A stretch of DNA of 61,577 bases from contig CAYRIY010000008.1 of NCBI GenBank assembly GCA_964424335.1, positions 1-61,577 on the forward strand, read 5' to 3'. The notes beneath the pieces were generated by a model, which was given only the letters and a program-made list of their open reading frames with translations, did not search any database and was not told where the DNA came from. Shown here piece by piece: positions 12,132 to 21,003 of this stretch (positions are counted from its first letter, which is position 1; the number at the start of each line of letters is the position of its first letter). Made by a program: the position numbers and the translations under genes. Source of the stretch: an uncultured Clostridia bacterium. Lineage in GTDB: Bacteria; Bacillota; Limnochordia; DTU080; RSA5.

Positions 12132-12902
12132 TTATACAGGAAATTGCCTGGCGTTCACGATCGCCTCGCTCGTCAGTCCCGCTCGATGGGCCAATGCGGC
12201 GGCTTTGGCCAAGTCCCCCACCCGCTCCTTCGAATGAGCGTCGCTTCCGAGCGCAAACTTCGCCCCTTCGCTCTGCGCGATTTGGATGTACTCGATCGAC
12301 GTATGGTCGTGACTCGCGCTGATTTCCATCGCGCATCCCGTCTCCGCACAAGCTCTTGCAAGCTCCCTCGTGTCGATCGACAGGCGGTATCCCGGATGCG
12401 TGACGATGTGCACTCGATTGCGTCGAACCGCGTTGACGACGGCGCGCGTGTTTAGGCGGCGCGCCTCTTCGGTCCACCGGCCGCTCCATCGGCCACCGGC
12501 ATTGAGGCCGATCAGCCGAGCTCCTTCGATGACGGGATCCCAGCGCACCAGCGGGTGGAGACCGACCAGGACGATGTCAAACCGATCCTGCCACGACGGA
12601 GGCACGTCTAGTTCGCCCGTGATCGATACGATGTTCGCTTCGACGCCAAGCAGGACATCTAGGTCAGGATACGCCTCGCGCACAGCGTCAACCTCTTTGC
12701 GAATTGTGTCAAACGTGTCGAGACTTGCCACGCCAACGCCAAAGAGGCTCGCCGGTCCATGATCCGAGATGGCGACGGCGCTCAATCCCTTCTCTGCCGC
12801 AGCACGCACGTTTTCCTTGACCGAGTCGACGCCGTGACTGTGGTGGGTATGAGTGTGATAGTCCGCAAACAGTTCGTACGTCTCACATCGCACCATGTGC
12901 AC
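12132..12902 (-). CDS. PHP-domain metallophosphoesterase (YcdX-like)
   Basis: DYHTHT, ISDHG, GVEAN, THP and GSDAH metal-binding motifs. Confidence 0.88.
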   Translation of the reverse strand: MHMVRCETYELFADYHTHTHHSHGVDSVKENVRAAAEKGLSAVAISDHGPASLFGVGVASLDTFDTIRKEVDAVREAYPDLDVLLGVEANIVSITGELDVPPSWQDRFDIVLVGLHPLVRWDPVIEGARLIGLNAGGRWSGRWTEEARRLNTRAVVNAVRRNRVHIVTHPGYRLSIDTRELARACAETGCAMEISASHDHTSIEYIQIAQSEGAKFALGSDAHSKERVGDLAKAAALAHRAGLTSEAIVNARQFPV

Positions 12903-12908
12903 GCTCCT

Positions 12909-14900
12909 TTACTCCGACGCGACGTGCCAGGCTTGGGCGAGCCGCGCCCGGTTTTCGATGTCGTTTCGCGCCTCGAGGTACTTGAGCACGGTAAGGACGT
13001 ATGTGCTGTGCGACCAAGTGAGTGGAGCGACAGAGAGCGGTTTGCCGCTCGTGGGGTGCAACTGCTCGGGCAGCACACCCGACGAAAGAGCGCGATCCGC
13101 GACCCACTCGATGATCTCCCGCGCCCGCCCGAAGTCATGCTCGCGCCTTGCCTTCGAAATGTGGTATTCCGCAATCCACAGACTTGCGATGATCCACGGA
13201 TTGCCCGGCACGTCCACCCCGGACCCGAAGTACTCGTCGCCTTCGTAGCGCGCGTATCCGCCGACCGAAGTTCGCACGGCTAGGCCCGACTCGATCTGCT
13301 TCATGGTGCTTACGACCCTGGGATCATCCGGAGGCAACACTCGAAACGCGTGTACCCCATACAAGCTGCTCTCCAAGGTGGTGTCGTAACAAATCTCGCC
13401 TTTTACCCGGTAGATTCCCCGGGCAAATCGGCCGAGTTCCGGCATGTAAAGGTGTTCCAAGATGCCTTCACGCACCTCGCCGGCGCTTTTCCTAAACTTG
13501 CGGGCATGGCTCTCCTCACCGAAGATGCGGGCAAACCGCGCGGCCGCCCGGAGTCCGGCCCATACCGCCGACGCCGTAAAGGTATAGACGCCCCGCCGCT
13601 CCTCCCAAAGGTCATAGCTTTCCAAGGGCAACCCCGTCGCTTTGTCCCGGTAATTGCACATAAACTCGGCCGCCGGCTTGATAAAGCAGTCGTAAAGACT
13701 CTCGACGAATTCGAGGTCCCGGTCCATTTGAAAAAAGTGCCAAAGACTCCAGAGCACGAGCGCAGTCTCGTCTTCTTGAATGGGAAGCTGCGGACCGTCG
13801 CTCGAGAGCCACGGATGCCAGCTCGAACCGACGGAGCCGTCGGGATGATACTTGTGCCACAAGTACCCTCCTCGAGAGATGCCGCGGGCGCAAAACTTGA
13901 AAAACTCCCGGGTCAGCTCGGTGTATCCTGCCGCGTCCAAGGCGTAAGCGACGAGCGCTCCGTCTCTTGGCCACATGTAGCTGTAGTGATCCCTGTTGAA
14001 GTGCAGGATGTCGGAGTCGTTGGCGGCCGTGATCGCCCCGCCGCGATCGATCTGCGTGCGTACGATGAGAAGGCTTCGCCTGAAAAGATCGACCGCACGA
14101 GCGCTCAAGTCCAAGAAGTCCCGCTCCGCCTTGCCAAGCCACGAGCGCCAGTAAACCCGCGTCTGTTTGAGGAGTTCCTCCACACCCTCTTTACACACGA
14201 GTCGATGCAGCCGTCTGACATCGTCGAATCCGCTTCCAGCCGCAATCCAGTAATAGAGGACCGCATCCCCCAGCGGGCCGAGGTTGATCCTAAAGCTGAT
14301 CGTCGAGTCGACGGACCCTTGCGCGATCGGATTTCCCTCGAGCCAGCCGTCTTCCGCGTCGCGCCACGTTCCTTCGACGCCGCCGAAGCGCTTGGTCCCG
14401 TTGGCGTATTGAAACACGCCGTGTTCGCCCGTGCGTCCGCTCATCAGTAGGCATTTATCCCTCTTGTAGTGAAGGATGGCGTCCGTGCTCATGTCGTAGA
14501 GCGAGGTGTCTCCGATGTCGCTTTCATCGATGCAGAAATCGTGGTTGAAAAAGACGCGCACCTCTCGCTCGCTTGGCATGAGGTTATGCACGATCATCTT
14601 GCGCAGGAAAATGTCCTCCCTGTAGTGCACCGCGTCGCGCGCCTCGAGCTTCACCGCAATCTCCTGATGGGTCGCAGTCACATGAGAGACCAGCGTGTCC
14701 GGCTCGTACCGGATCGTCCTCTTCCACTTGGGGCCATGCACCCAGTCAAAGGCGCCGTCGACCCAAACGCCGATCGAATTTCTGTGTCCGAGTATGTGGT
14801 TTGATTGCCCAACCCTGGGGTAATACAAGTCCCTCATACTGAGGCGATCGTCAAAGTTGACGAGCATACGACCGTTTCCTAAAACCATATGTCGAGGCAA
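12909..14900 (-). CDS. Glycoside hydrolase family 15 (glucoamylase-like)
   Basis: LGNG...DLYYPRVG N-terminal domain, YMWPRDGA, IQEDET, DLWEER, LPEQ, PLTWSH. TTG 14900 after AAGGGGAG. Confidence 0.9.
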   Translation of the reverse strand: MPRHMVLGNGRMLVNFDDRLSMRDLYYPRVGQSNHILGHRNSIGVWVDGAFDWVHGPKWKRTIRYEPDTLVSHVTATHQEIAVKLEARDAVHYREDIFLRKMIVHNLMPSEREVRVFFNHDFCIDESDIGDTSLYDMSTDAILHYKRDKCLLMSGRTGEHGVFQYANGTKRFGGVEGTWRDAEDGWLEGNPIAQGSVDSTISFRINLGPLGDAVLYYWIAAGSGFDDVRRLHRLVCKEGVEELLKQTRVYWRSWLGKAERDFLDLSARAVDLFRRSLLIVRTQIDRGGAITAANDSDILHFNRDHYSYMWPRDGALVAYALDAAGYTELTREFFKFCARGISRGGYLWHKYHPDGSVGSSWHPWLSSDGPQLPIQEDETALVLWSLWHFFQMDRDLEFVESLYDCFIKPAAEFMCNYRDKATGLPLESYDLWEERRGVYTFTASAVWAGLRAAARFARIFGEESHARKFRKSAGEVREGILEHLYMPELGRFARGIYRVKGEICYDTTLESSLYGVHAFRVLPPDDPRVVSTMKQIESGLAVRTSVGGYARYEGDEYFGSGVDVPGNPWIIASLWIAEYHISKARREHDFGRAREIIEWVADRALSSGVLPEQLHPTSGKPLSVAPLTWSHSTYVLTVLKYLEARNDIENRARLAQAWHVASE

Positions 14901-14945
14901 CGTCGCTTCTCCCCTTACCCTCTGGCATAAAAAGGTCTCGATCCC

Positions 14946-15070
14946 GGCGCTGCTCATTTACGTGATGCAGGCGTTCTGGAGGCTTTGTAGGCCAGGGGGG
15001 CCGAAAAAGCCGGACCACGAGCCAAGAAGGCTCGGCCGAATGTCCCTGCGACACGTAAATGAGCGGCGCC
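14946..15070. repeat. 19-bp inverted repeat (18/19 match) extended by further imperfect pairing, between the divergent GH15 and DUF4912 genes
   Basis: GGCGCTGCTCATTTACGTG (14946-14964) and CACGTAAATGAGCGGCGCC (15052-15070); inner GCAGG/CCTGC and CGTTC/GAATG continue the stem; internal GAGCC/GGCTC and GGCTTT/AAAGCC hairpins. Confidence 0.85.
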
Positions 15071-15078
15071 TGCTCCCG

Positions 15079-15108
15079 GAATAGGGTCTCCCAGCTAGGG
15101 AAAACCTA
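15079..15108 (+). promoter_or_regulatory. Possible SigF/SigG-type (forespore) promoter for DUF4912-GH57
   Basis: GAATA-15 nt-GGAAAACCTA, close to the GYWTA/GHATA-N15-GGNRANANTW pattern. Confidence 0.35.
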
Positions 15109-15135
15109 CCCCACGTCACGTCAGGTTCGAAAGGT

Positions 15136-15681
15136 TTGATACGATTGCCAACCCAGCACCGTTCGCACGGCGTGCACAGCTTGACCGATCTACAAGATAC
15201 CGAGCGCTTCCTCTGGAAAGAGAGGAAAGTGGGCGCCTTCGAGCTGCCGATGAGGTACGGACGGAGCCACGTCACGCTCATCGCCCGCGATCCGGATTGG
15301 GTTTACGCCTATTGGGAGTGTGAGTCGAAAAGGGCGACGCTCGCCCTTTTTCGGCACGATCCCGAGACGAGGGAGTCTGCCCCTGTCTTTCAAACCGGTG
15401 TGGCGGGCGTCGGATCGTACTATATTCCGGTCCCAAGCGCCGGAGACGAGTATGCTGCACGGATCACGGACGAAGGCGGAAACGCGTTCGAAAGCCGTCC
15501 TGTTAAGACTCCGCCCGGCCGGTTATCGGATGTTCTCGACATCGGCTGGCTTTCGATCGACGAGGTCTTCATGTGGGAGCCGTTCGAGTTTGTCGACGCC
15601 TCTTCTCCTGGGATGCGCCTCCACGGCAAGAAGCGCCTGAAGCTCGATAACGGGAGCTCATACAGTAGCGTCCGCCGGTAA
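15136..15681 (+). CDS. DUF4912-domain protein
   Basis: ELPMRYGRSHVTLIARDPDWVYAYWE motif, SRPVKTPP and a Ser-rich tail; directly upstream of a GH57 branching enzyme. Start uncertain (15136/15145). Confidence 0.8.
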   Translation: MIRLPTQHRSHGVHSLTDLQDTERFLWKERKVGAFELPMRYGRSHVTLIARDPDWVYAYWECESKRATLALFRHDPETRESAPVFQTGVAGVGSYYIPVPSAGDEYAARITDEGGNAFESRPVKTPPGRLSDVLDIGWLSIDEVFMWEPFEFVDASSPGMRLHGKKRLKLDNGSSYSSVRR

Positions 15682-15708
15682 GGATCCAAACGTAAAGGAT
15701 GGTTGTCG

Positions 15709-17328
15709 ATGGGTCGTCCTGAAGGCTCCAAAGGATATTTCGCCTTGGTTCTCCATGCGCATCTTCCCTTTGTCCGGCATCCGCACAATCACAATCACCT
15801 CGAGGAGCTTTGGCTCTTTGAAGCGATGACCGACACCTACTTGCCGTTGATCGAACTGATGGACGGATGGGCCCGGGATGGCGTCCCGTTTCGCATTGCC
15901 ATGTCCGTGACTCCGACGCTCGCCTCGATGCTGCGCGACCCACTGTTGAAAAAGCGGTACGTCCAGCACCTCGATCGATCGGTCGCGCTCAGTCACCGGG
16001 AGATGGCGCGGCACAAGGCGGATCCTCGGCTATACGGGCTTGCCCGGATGTACCGGGACCGCTTTGAAAAGGCCCGTCACATGTTTGTGGAGAGGCTTGG
16101 GACGGACATCCTCAGCGCGTTTAAGCGCCTCCAAGGGCACGGACTCGAATTGCTGGCGTCCGCCGCGACTCACGGGTACCTTCCGCTGCTCGAACCACAG
16201 CGCTCCGCAGTGCAGGCACAAATCCGAGGGGGCATCGACTGCTTTAGGCAGGTCTTTGAGACCGATCCAAAGGGATTTTGGCTGCCCGAGTGCGCGTTTT
16301 TTCCGGGCCATGACGAGGTCCTCGCCCAGGAAGGGATCCGCTATACGGTCGTCGAGACGCACGGCGTGCTTCATGGCATTCCAAGGCCCAGATACGGGCA
16401 TTACGCGCCCGTTTACTCCCCGGCCGGCCTCGCGTTCTTTCCGAGAGATCCCGAGACCTCAAAGCAGGTGTGGAGCGCCAACGAAGGGTATCCGGGCGAC
16501 TTCGACTACCGGGAGTTTTACCGGGACGTCGGACACGATCTCCCCTGGGAAGAGGTGGCGCCGTTTCTCCCCTGGGGCGTGAGGGCGGACACAGGATTGA
16601 AGTACTTTCGCATCACCGGCCACACAAATGAGAAGGATCTCTACGACCCCGACCGCGCTAAGGCCAAGGTGAAGCGCCACGCCGATGATTTCGTGGGAAA
16701 CCTCGGGAGACAGATCGCACACGCTGCGGCCCACATGGACCGCAAGCCGATCGTCGTCGCTCCATACGATGCGGAGCTCTTTGGCCATTGGTGGTTTGAA
16801 GGCCCTGCGTTCCTCGACGAAGTGGTGCGTCAAGCTCGATGGAACGACGACCTCGAGCTTGTCTCGCCTCTCGAGTACCTCGAGCGGCATCCCGCCAATC
16901 AAGTCGTCCAGGTCTCGGAGTCAAGCTGGGGATACAAGGGGTACCACGAAGTGTGGCTCGACGAATCAAACGACTGGATCTACCGTCACCTGCACGAGTG
17001 CGCCCGTCGGATGGAGGACCTCGTCGACCGCCATCAGAGCTCGGATGGCCTCGTAAAGCGAGCGCTCGATCAGGCGGCCAAGGAGCTGATGCTCGCGCAA
17101 AGTTCGGACTGGGCCTTTATCCTCAAGTCCGGGACCACGGTCCAATACGCCGAGCGGCGGATTCGGGAGCACCTCTCGAATTTCTTGAAAATCGAGTCAC
17201 AAGTTGAGAGCGGCTCGATCGATGCGCATTGGCTCGCATCGATCGAAGAGACGGGCGCCCCCTTGAAGCACATCCACTCGGAACTTTACGTTACCGCCTT
17301 CCATCAGCTCGCGGGCGCTCGGCCTTGA
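15709..17328 (+). CDS. GH57 1,4-alpha-glucan branching enzyme (DUF1957 C-terminal domain)
   Basis: [29 protein letters not shown] (nucleophile Glu), [14 protein letters not shown] (acid/base Asp), AQSSDWAFI. Confidence 0.93.
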   Translation: MGRPEGSKGYFALVLHAHLPFVRHPHNHNHLEELWLFEAMTDTYLPLIELMDGWARDGVPFRIAMSVTPTLASMLRDPLLKKRYVQHLDRSVALSHREMARHKADPRLYGLARMYRDRFEKARHMFVERLGTDILSAFKRLQGHGLELLASAATHGYLPLLEPQRSAVQAQIRGGIDCFRQVFETDPKGFWLPECAFFPGHDEVLAQEGIRYTVVETHGVLHGIPRPRYGHYAPVYSPAGLAFFPRDPETSKQVWSANEGYPGDFDYREFYRDVGHDLPWEEVAPFLPWGVRADTGLKYFRITGHTNEKDLYDPDRAKAKVKRHADDFVGNLGRQIAHAAAHMDRKPIVVAPYDAELFGHWWFEGPAFLDEVVRQARWNDDLELVSPLEYLERHPANQVVQVSESSWGYKGYHEVWLDESNDWIYRHLHECARRMEDLVDRHQSSDGLVKRALDQAAKELMLAQSSDWAFILKSGTTVQYAERRIREHLSNFLKIESQVESGSIDAHWLASIEETGAPLKHIHSELYVTAFHQLAGARP

Positions 17329-18460
17329 CAAGGAGCTCGCCCTCAGCGGCCTCCTTGGGGGCTCTTTTGCCGGTTGGACTCTTGCCGCTTGGACTATTGC
17401 CATTTGGAGCGACAAAACTCTCAGGCTCGAGGTGGACGCCGTCACCGAGCGCCGCTCCCTCGAGCACGGCGGCGTCCCGCCCAACGACGGTAAAGCGTCC
17501 GACCGCCGCTCCCAGGACCGTGGCGCCCGATTCGACGACGGCCCCTTCGAGGACCACCGATCGCTCGACCACGGCGCCCCGCTCGACCCGGCTATAGGGC
17601 CCGAGCACCGTCCCTGGTCCAACCCGGGATTCGGCCGATATGCGGGCGCCTCGCCCCGCCATGATGGGGGGAACCAGCGTGGCGCCAGGTTCGACGATTG
17701 CGTCGGAATCGATCCAAACGCCGTTCCCGTTGCCATCGAGCGCCGATAGGCGGACCTTTCCGTACAGGACGTCGATCTGGGAGCGTATGAACTGTTTGCA
17801 GTCGCCAATGTCCGACCAGTACCCGCTTCCCCGAAAAGCGTAAAGGGGCGCCTCGCTTGCCAGCATCGCCGGAAACAGGTCGCGGCTAAAATCAAAGAAA
17901 GCGCCCATCGGACAACGTTCAAGCACGCTCGGTTCCAACACGTAAATCCCTGTGTTCACGGTATTGCTGAAAACCTCTTCAGGGGCGGGCTTTTCAAGGA
18001 AACGAACGATTCGGCCCGATGGCGCCGACTCGACGATTCCAAAGGGAAGCGGGTTTTCGACTTCGGTAACCACGATGGTCGCGTCGGCGCCGGTCGCCTT
18101 GTGCCGATCGACGGCGTCACGCAATCGAAAATCAGTGAGGCAGTCGCCGCTGATGATCAAGAATGTGTCGTCCAAGTATTGCTCGAGCTGTTTGACGCCT
18201 CCTGCGGTGCCAAGGGGCCTAGGTTCTCGCACATAGCGGATGCTAAGGCCCAGCTCTTCGCCCGTGCCGAGCCCTCGTTCCATCTGCTCGGGCATGAAGT
18301 GGGTCGTCACGAGCACCTCGTCGAACCCGTTTTCTTTTAGCAGCCTGAGGATATGGTAGGCGACTGGGCGGTTCGCGATCGGGACCAAGGGCTTTGGACA
18401 CTCCTTGGTCAATGGTCTCAGGCGGGTCCCCTGTCCCCCCGCCATCACGACAGCCTTCAC
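17291..18460 (-). CDS. NDP-sugar pyrophosphorylase (mannose-1-P guanylyltransferase-like) with left-handed beta-helix
   Basis: [51 protein letters not shown], hexapeptide repeats; overlaps the GT4 stop codon. Confidence 0.9.
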   Translation of the reverse strand: MKAVVMAGGQGTRLRPLTKECPKPLVPIANRPVAYHILRLLKENGFDEVLVTTHFMPEQMERGLGTGEELGLSIRYVREPRPLGTAGGVKQLEQYLDDTFLIISGDCLTDFRLRDAVDRHKATGADATIVVTEVENPLPFGIVESAPSGRIVRFLEKPAPEEVFSNTVNTGIYVLEPSVLERCPMGAFFDFSRDLFPAMLASEAPLYAFRGSGYWSDIGDCKQFIRSQIDVLYGKVRLSALDGNGNGVWIDSDAIVEPGATLVPPIMAGRGARISAESRVGPGTVLGPYSRVERGAVVERSVVLEGAVVESGATVLGAAVGRFTVVGRDAAVLEGAALGDGVHLEPESFVAPNGNSPSGKSPTGKRAPKEAAEGELLVKAERPRADGRR

Positions 18461-19689
18461 ACGCGCTCAACTCCCGAGTGATTTTCCATCGATCGGAGTT
18501 CGCCGGCCCTCCGGGTCTTACCATGATCTTGGTGACCCGTGACGACCTCGCGGTAAACCTCGAGCGTGGCCTCGCTGATCGGGCCCCAGTCGTACGTCGA
18601 GGCAACCAGCCTCCTTCCCGCATTCCCCAAGGCCTCGCGCTTTTGGGGTGATCCAAGGAGAGAAGAGAGCTCCACGGCGAGACCAAGTGCATCTCCAGGC
18701 TCGAAAAGGATGCCGGTGCGACCGTGTTCGATCACCTCAGCGAAGCCCCCCGTGCGCGCCGCAATGACCGGGGCGCCAAAGGACATGGCTTCGAGCGCGA
18801 CGATGCCGAATGGCTCGTAGCGGCTGGGAAACACCGCAGCGTCGGCCAGACGGTAGAGTCTATTCCGCTCCTCATCGCTGATATAACCAAGAAACCTTAC
18901 GCTCTTGCCGATACCGAGCCGTTTGACCAGGTCTTTGAGTGCATGCTCCTCGGGCCCGCGCCCTGCAATGAGGAGCTCCGCCCTCGGGTGATGGGCAAGC
19001 GTCTTTTGAAATGCATCGATGAGCGTGTCGACGCCCTTTTCGTACACGAGGCGGCCGACGTAAAAGACGACGGGGTGGTCGGGGCGTTCCAGACCTGGTT
19101 CGCTTGTGCTGATCGGGTCCTGGCCTGGAATGTCCACGCCGTTTGGCACGACGCGCAACTTGTCCGTCGGAAGCTGAAAGACCAGCTCGAGCTCTCGCTT
19201 CATTGCGTTGCTACAGCAGATGACTCGCCACGCCTCAAACCCGAGCCACCACTCAATGTCACTGATGTGTCGCTGCAGATCGGTGTACAATCCTCCGTTT
19301 CTGCCGTACTCCGTGGCGTGAATGGTGGCGACGAGCGGGATGCCCAGCCCATGCTTTACCGCCCTGGCCGCATGGGCGGTGAGCCAATCATGCGCGTGGA
19401 CCAAGTCAAATCTTTGCCCCTCCGAAACCTCGCGCAAAACACCCTGGAGCAGGCAGTTGTTCACCTTCGCGACACGCTCGGGAAACTCTCTTGCCGGGGG
19501 ACTTGCGTCCGGGACGCGACGAACGACCAGATTGCCTTGTTCCTCGCGCTCCGCGCCGCCCTCGTGCGGCGTCACGACCGTCACACGGCGCCCTCGGTCT
19601 GCCATGGCCCGACTGAGTGAGGTTACGTGTCGGCCGAGTCCGCCGACGATGTTGGGATCGTACTCCCAGCTAAGGATGAGAATGCGCAT
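18457..19689 (-). CDS. GT4 glycosyltransferase (Rv3032-like alpha-glucosyltransferase)
   Basis: [61 protein letters not shown]. Confidence 0.9.
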   Translation of the reverse strand: MRILILSWEYDPNIVGGLGRHVTSLSRAMADRGRRVTVVTPHEGGAEREEQGNLVVRRVPDASPPAREFPERVAKVNNCLLQGVLREVSEGQRFDLVHAHDWLTAHAARAVKHGLGIPLVATIHATEYGRNGGLYTDLQRHISDIEWWLGFEAWRVICCSNAMKRELELVFQLPTDKLRVVPNGVDIPGQDPISTSEPGLERPDHPVVFYVGRLVYEKGVDTLIDAFQKTLAHHPRAELLIAGRGPEEHALKDLVKRLGIGKSVRFLGYISDEERNRLYRLADAAVFPSRYEPFGIVALEAMSFGAPVIAARTGGFAEVIEHGRTGILFEPGDALGLAVELSSLLGSPQKREALGNAGRRLVASTYDWGPISEATLEVYREVVTGHQDHGKTRRAGELRSMENHSGVERV

Positions 19690-19722
19690 AGCGGTTCACA
19701 GCCCCCGGACACAGTTTGTCCG

Positions 19723-19753
19723 TAGTCTTTACGGTCTGTGAGGCCCATTATGC
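19723..19753 (-). promoter_or_regulatory. Possible SigF/SigG-type promoter for GT4-nucleotidyltransferase
   Basis: Minus strand GCATA-16 nt-GTAAAGACTA. Confidence 0.3.
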
Positions 19754-19895
19754 AAATGAGGAGTCCCAGGCGATTTCCCCGCCGATTCCCCGATCCATAC
19801 GTTAGACCAAGGCCTTAGCTTTGCGATCGACGGATTTGTGGCGAGCAGCAAGTGGGGACGGTAGCCAATCGGTTTTTCAAAAGGAGGGGATCAAC

Positions 19896-20141
19896 GTGCC
19901 GGCGCCGCCCGATCAATTCCAAAAAAAGACGTACGTGCGCCTGCCCTTGGCCGACGACTATTTGAGGGACGAAAACGACCGCGGCGTGCTCGCCGAGATC
20001 AAGAGATCGTTCGAACGCCCGATCCTCCATGTGACAATTTCGGACGCACACGAGTCGCACGAGGAGCGTCAGGAGCCGGGCCGAAACAAGCGCCCGACGA
20101 TGACGCCGAAGACGACAAGGAGCGCAGCAATGCCCAAGTAG
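19896..20141 (+). CDS. Hypothetical small protein (81 aa)
   Basis: Strong SD AAGGAGGGG 6 nt before GTG 19896; fills an otherwise empty gap; its 3' end overlaps the convergent DOMON gene. No family recognised. Confidence 0.5.
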   Translation: MPAPPDQFQKKTYVRLPLADDYLRDENDRGVLAEIKRSFERPILHVTISDAHESHEERQEPGRNKRPTMTPKTTRSAAMPK

Positions 20142-20965
20142 ATCGAGGGGCTGATGCGAAATGGATCAAACCCGCCCACGGGATAGACGGTCGGCGGCTC
20201 CCCTCCCGCCGCCAACTGGACGCTCTGTCTCCTTGGACCCCAGCTCGGAGCGATCACGTCGACGACACTTGGAAACCGCGTCCCATCCCCACGAAGCAGC
20301 CAGCGGGTATCGTCCGAAACGACTGCCCTGTACTCGTCGGCGCCCAGGCCGTCAAAACTTCCCACGAGGACGTAATAGCGCCAGTTGGGTCGGGGCGGCG
20401 AAAGGATGTCGGAAGGGATGCGCACTTCGATCACCCTGTCCTTTGCCGACGCCGTGACCCTAATCTCGCGCTGCCTGCCTGGCGAGTCGGGCGGATCGGT
20501 CCACGTATAAAGGGCTGTGCCGCCGAAAGGCGCCACTCTAAGCCAAAGATGCCATGGATGCTTCGGCGAGAAAACGACACCGGCGCCTTCGCGAAAAAGG
20601 GTCGTCTTGCCGCCCTGCTCGCCCGTGTGTACATAGACGTCGATCCTTTGATGAAAAAAACCTTCAGGCGGGTTGAACGGCCCCGGGTCGACGACCCCCA
20701 TGGTAAAGCGAAAGAGGACCGCACCGTCTTGGACGCTTACCTCAAACTCTTGGAGGTCGAAGTAGCCGCTGTGTGGATGAAACACGTCGTCCATCGGGTA
20801 GGAGACGCCGCCTGCACCGAAGTCGTCGCCCTTTGCATCCTTGATGCGAACGTGCACCGTTCGCCCTTCGGCGCCCGCGATCGCCCCGTGGGACGCTGCG
20901 ACCGCCAGCGTTACGACTAAGGCAAGCGCGCTCATGGCAATTCGTCGGTGCGCAATGGGGATCAT
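20069..20965 (-). CDS. Glucodextranase C-terminal DOMON-like carbohydrate-binding protein, exported and membrane-anchored
   Basis: Signal-peptide-like N terminus, DAKGDDFGAGGVSYP and GFFHQRIDVYV motifs, WRYYVLVGSFDG, C-terminal hydrophobic helix with a basic tail. Confidence 0.78.
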   Translation of the reverse strand: MIPIAHRRIAMSALALVVTLAVAASHGAIAGAEGRTVHVRIKDAKGDDFGAGGVSYPMDDVFHPHSGYFDLQEFEVSVQDGAVLFRFTMGVVDPGPFNPPEGFFHQRIDVYVHTGEQGGKTTLFREGAGVVFSPKHPWHLWLRVAPFGGTALYTWTDPPDSPGRQREIRVTASAKDRVIEVRIPSDILSPPRPNWRYYVLVGSFDGLGADEYRAVVSDDTRWLLRGDGTRFPSVVDVIAPSWGPRRQSVQLAAGGEPPTVYPVGGFDPFRISPSIYLGIAALLVVFGVIVGRLFRPGS

Positions 20966-21003
20966 GCTAATCGGTATGCGGCAGGCGACATCAGGTATGA
21001 ATC

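Noticed and set aside
15117-15140. GTCAGGTTCGAAAGG resembling SRP RNA helix 8
   Set aside because: Lacks the AGCAG half of the conserved symmetric loop and the flanking long helix.
17291-17410. Short S-P-x-G-K-like repeats in the nucleotidyltransferase tail and a 38-nt convergent overlap with GH57
   Set aside because: Looks like a low-complexity run-on tail after loss of a stop codon or domain; no independent sign of function.
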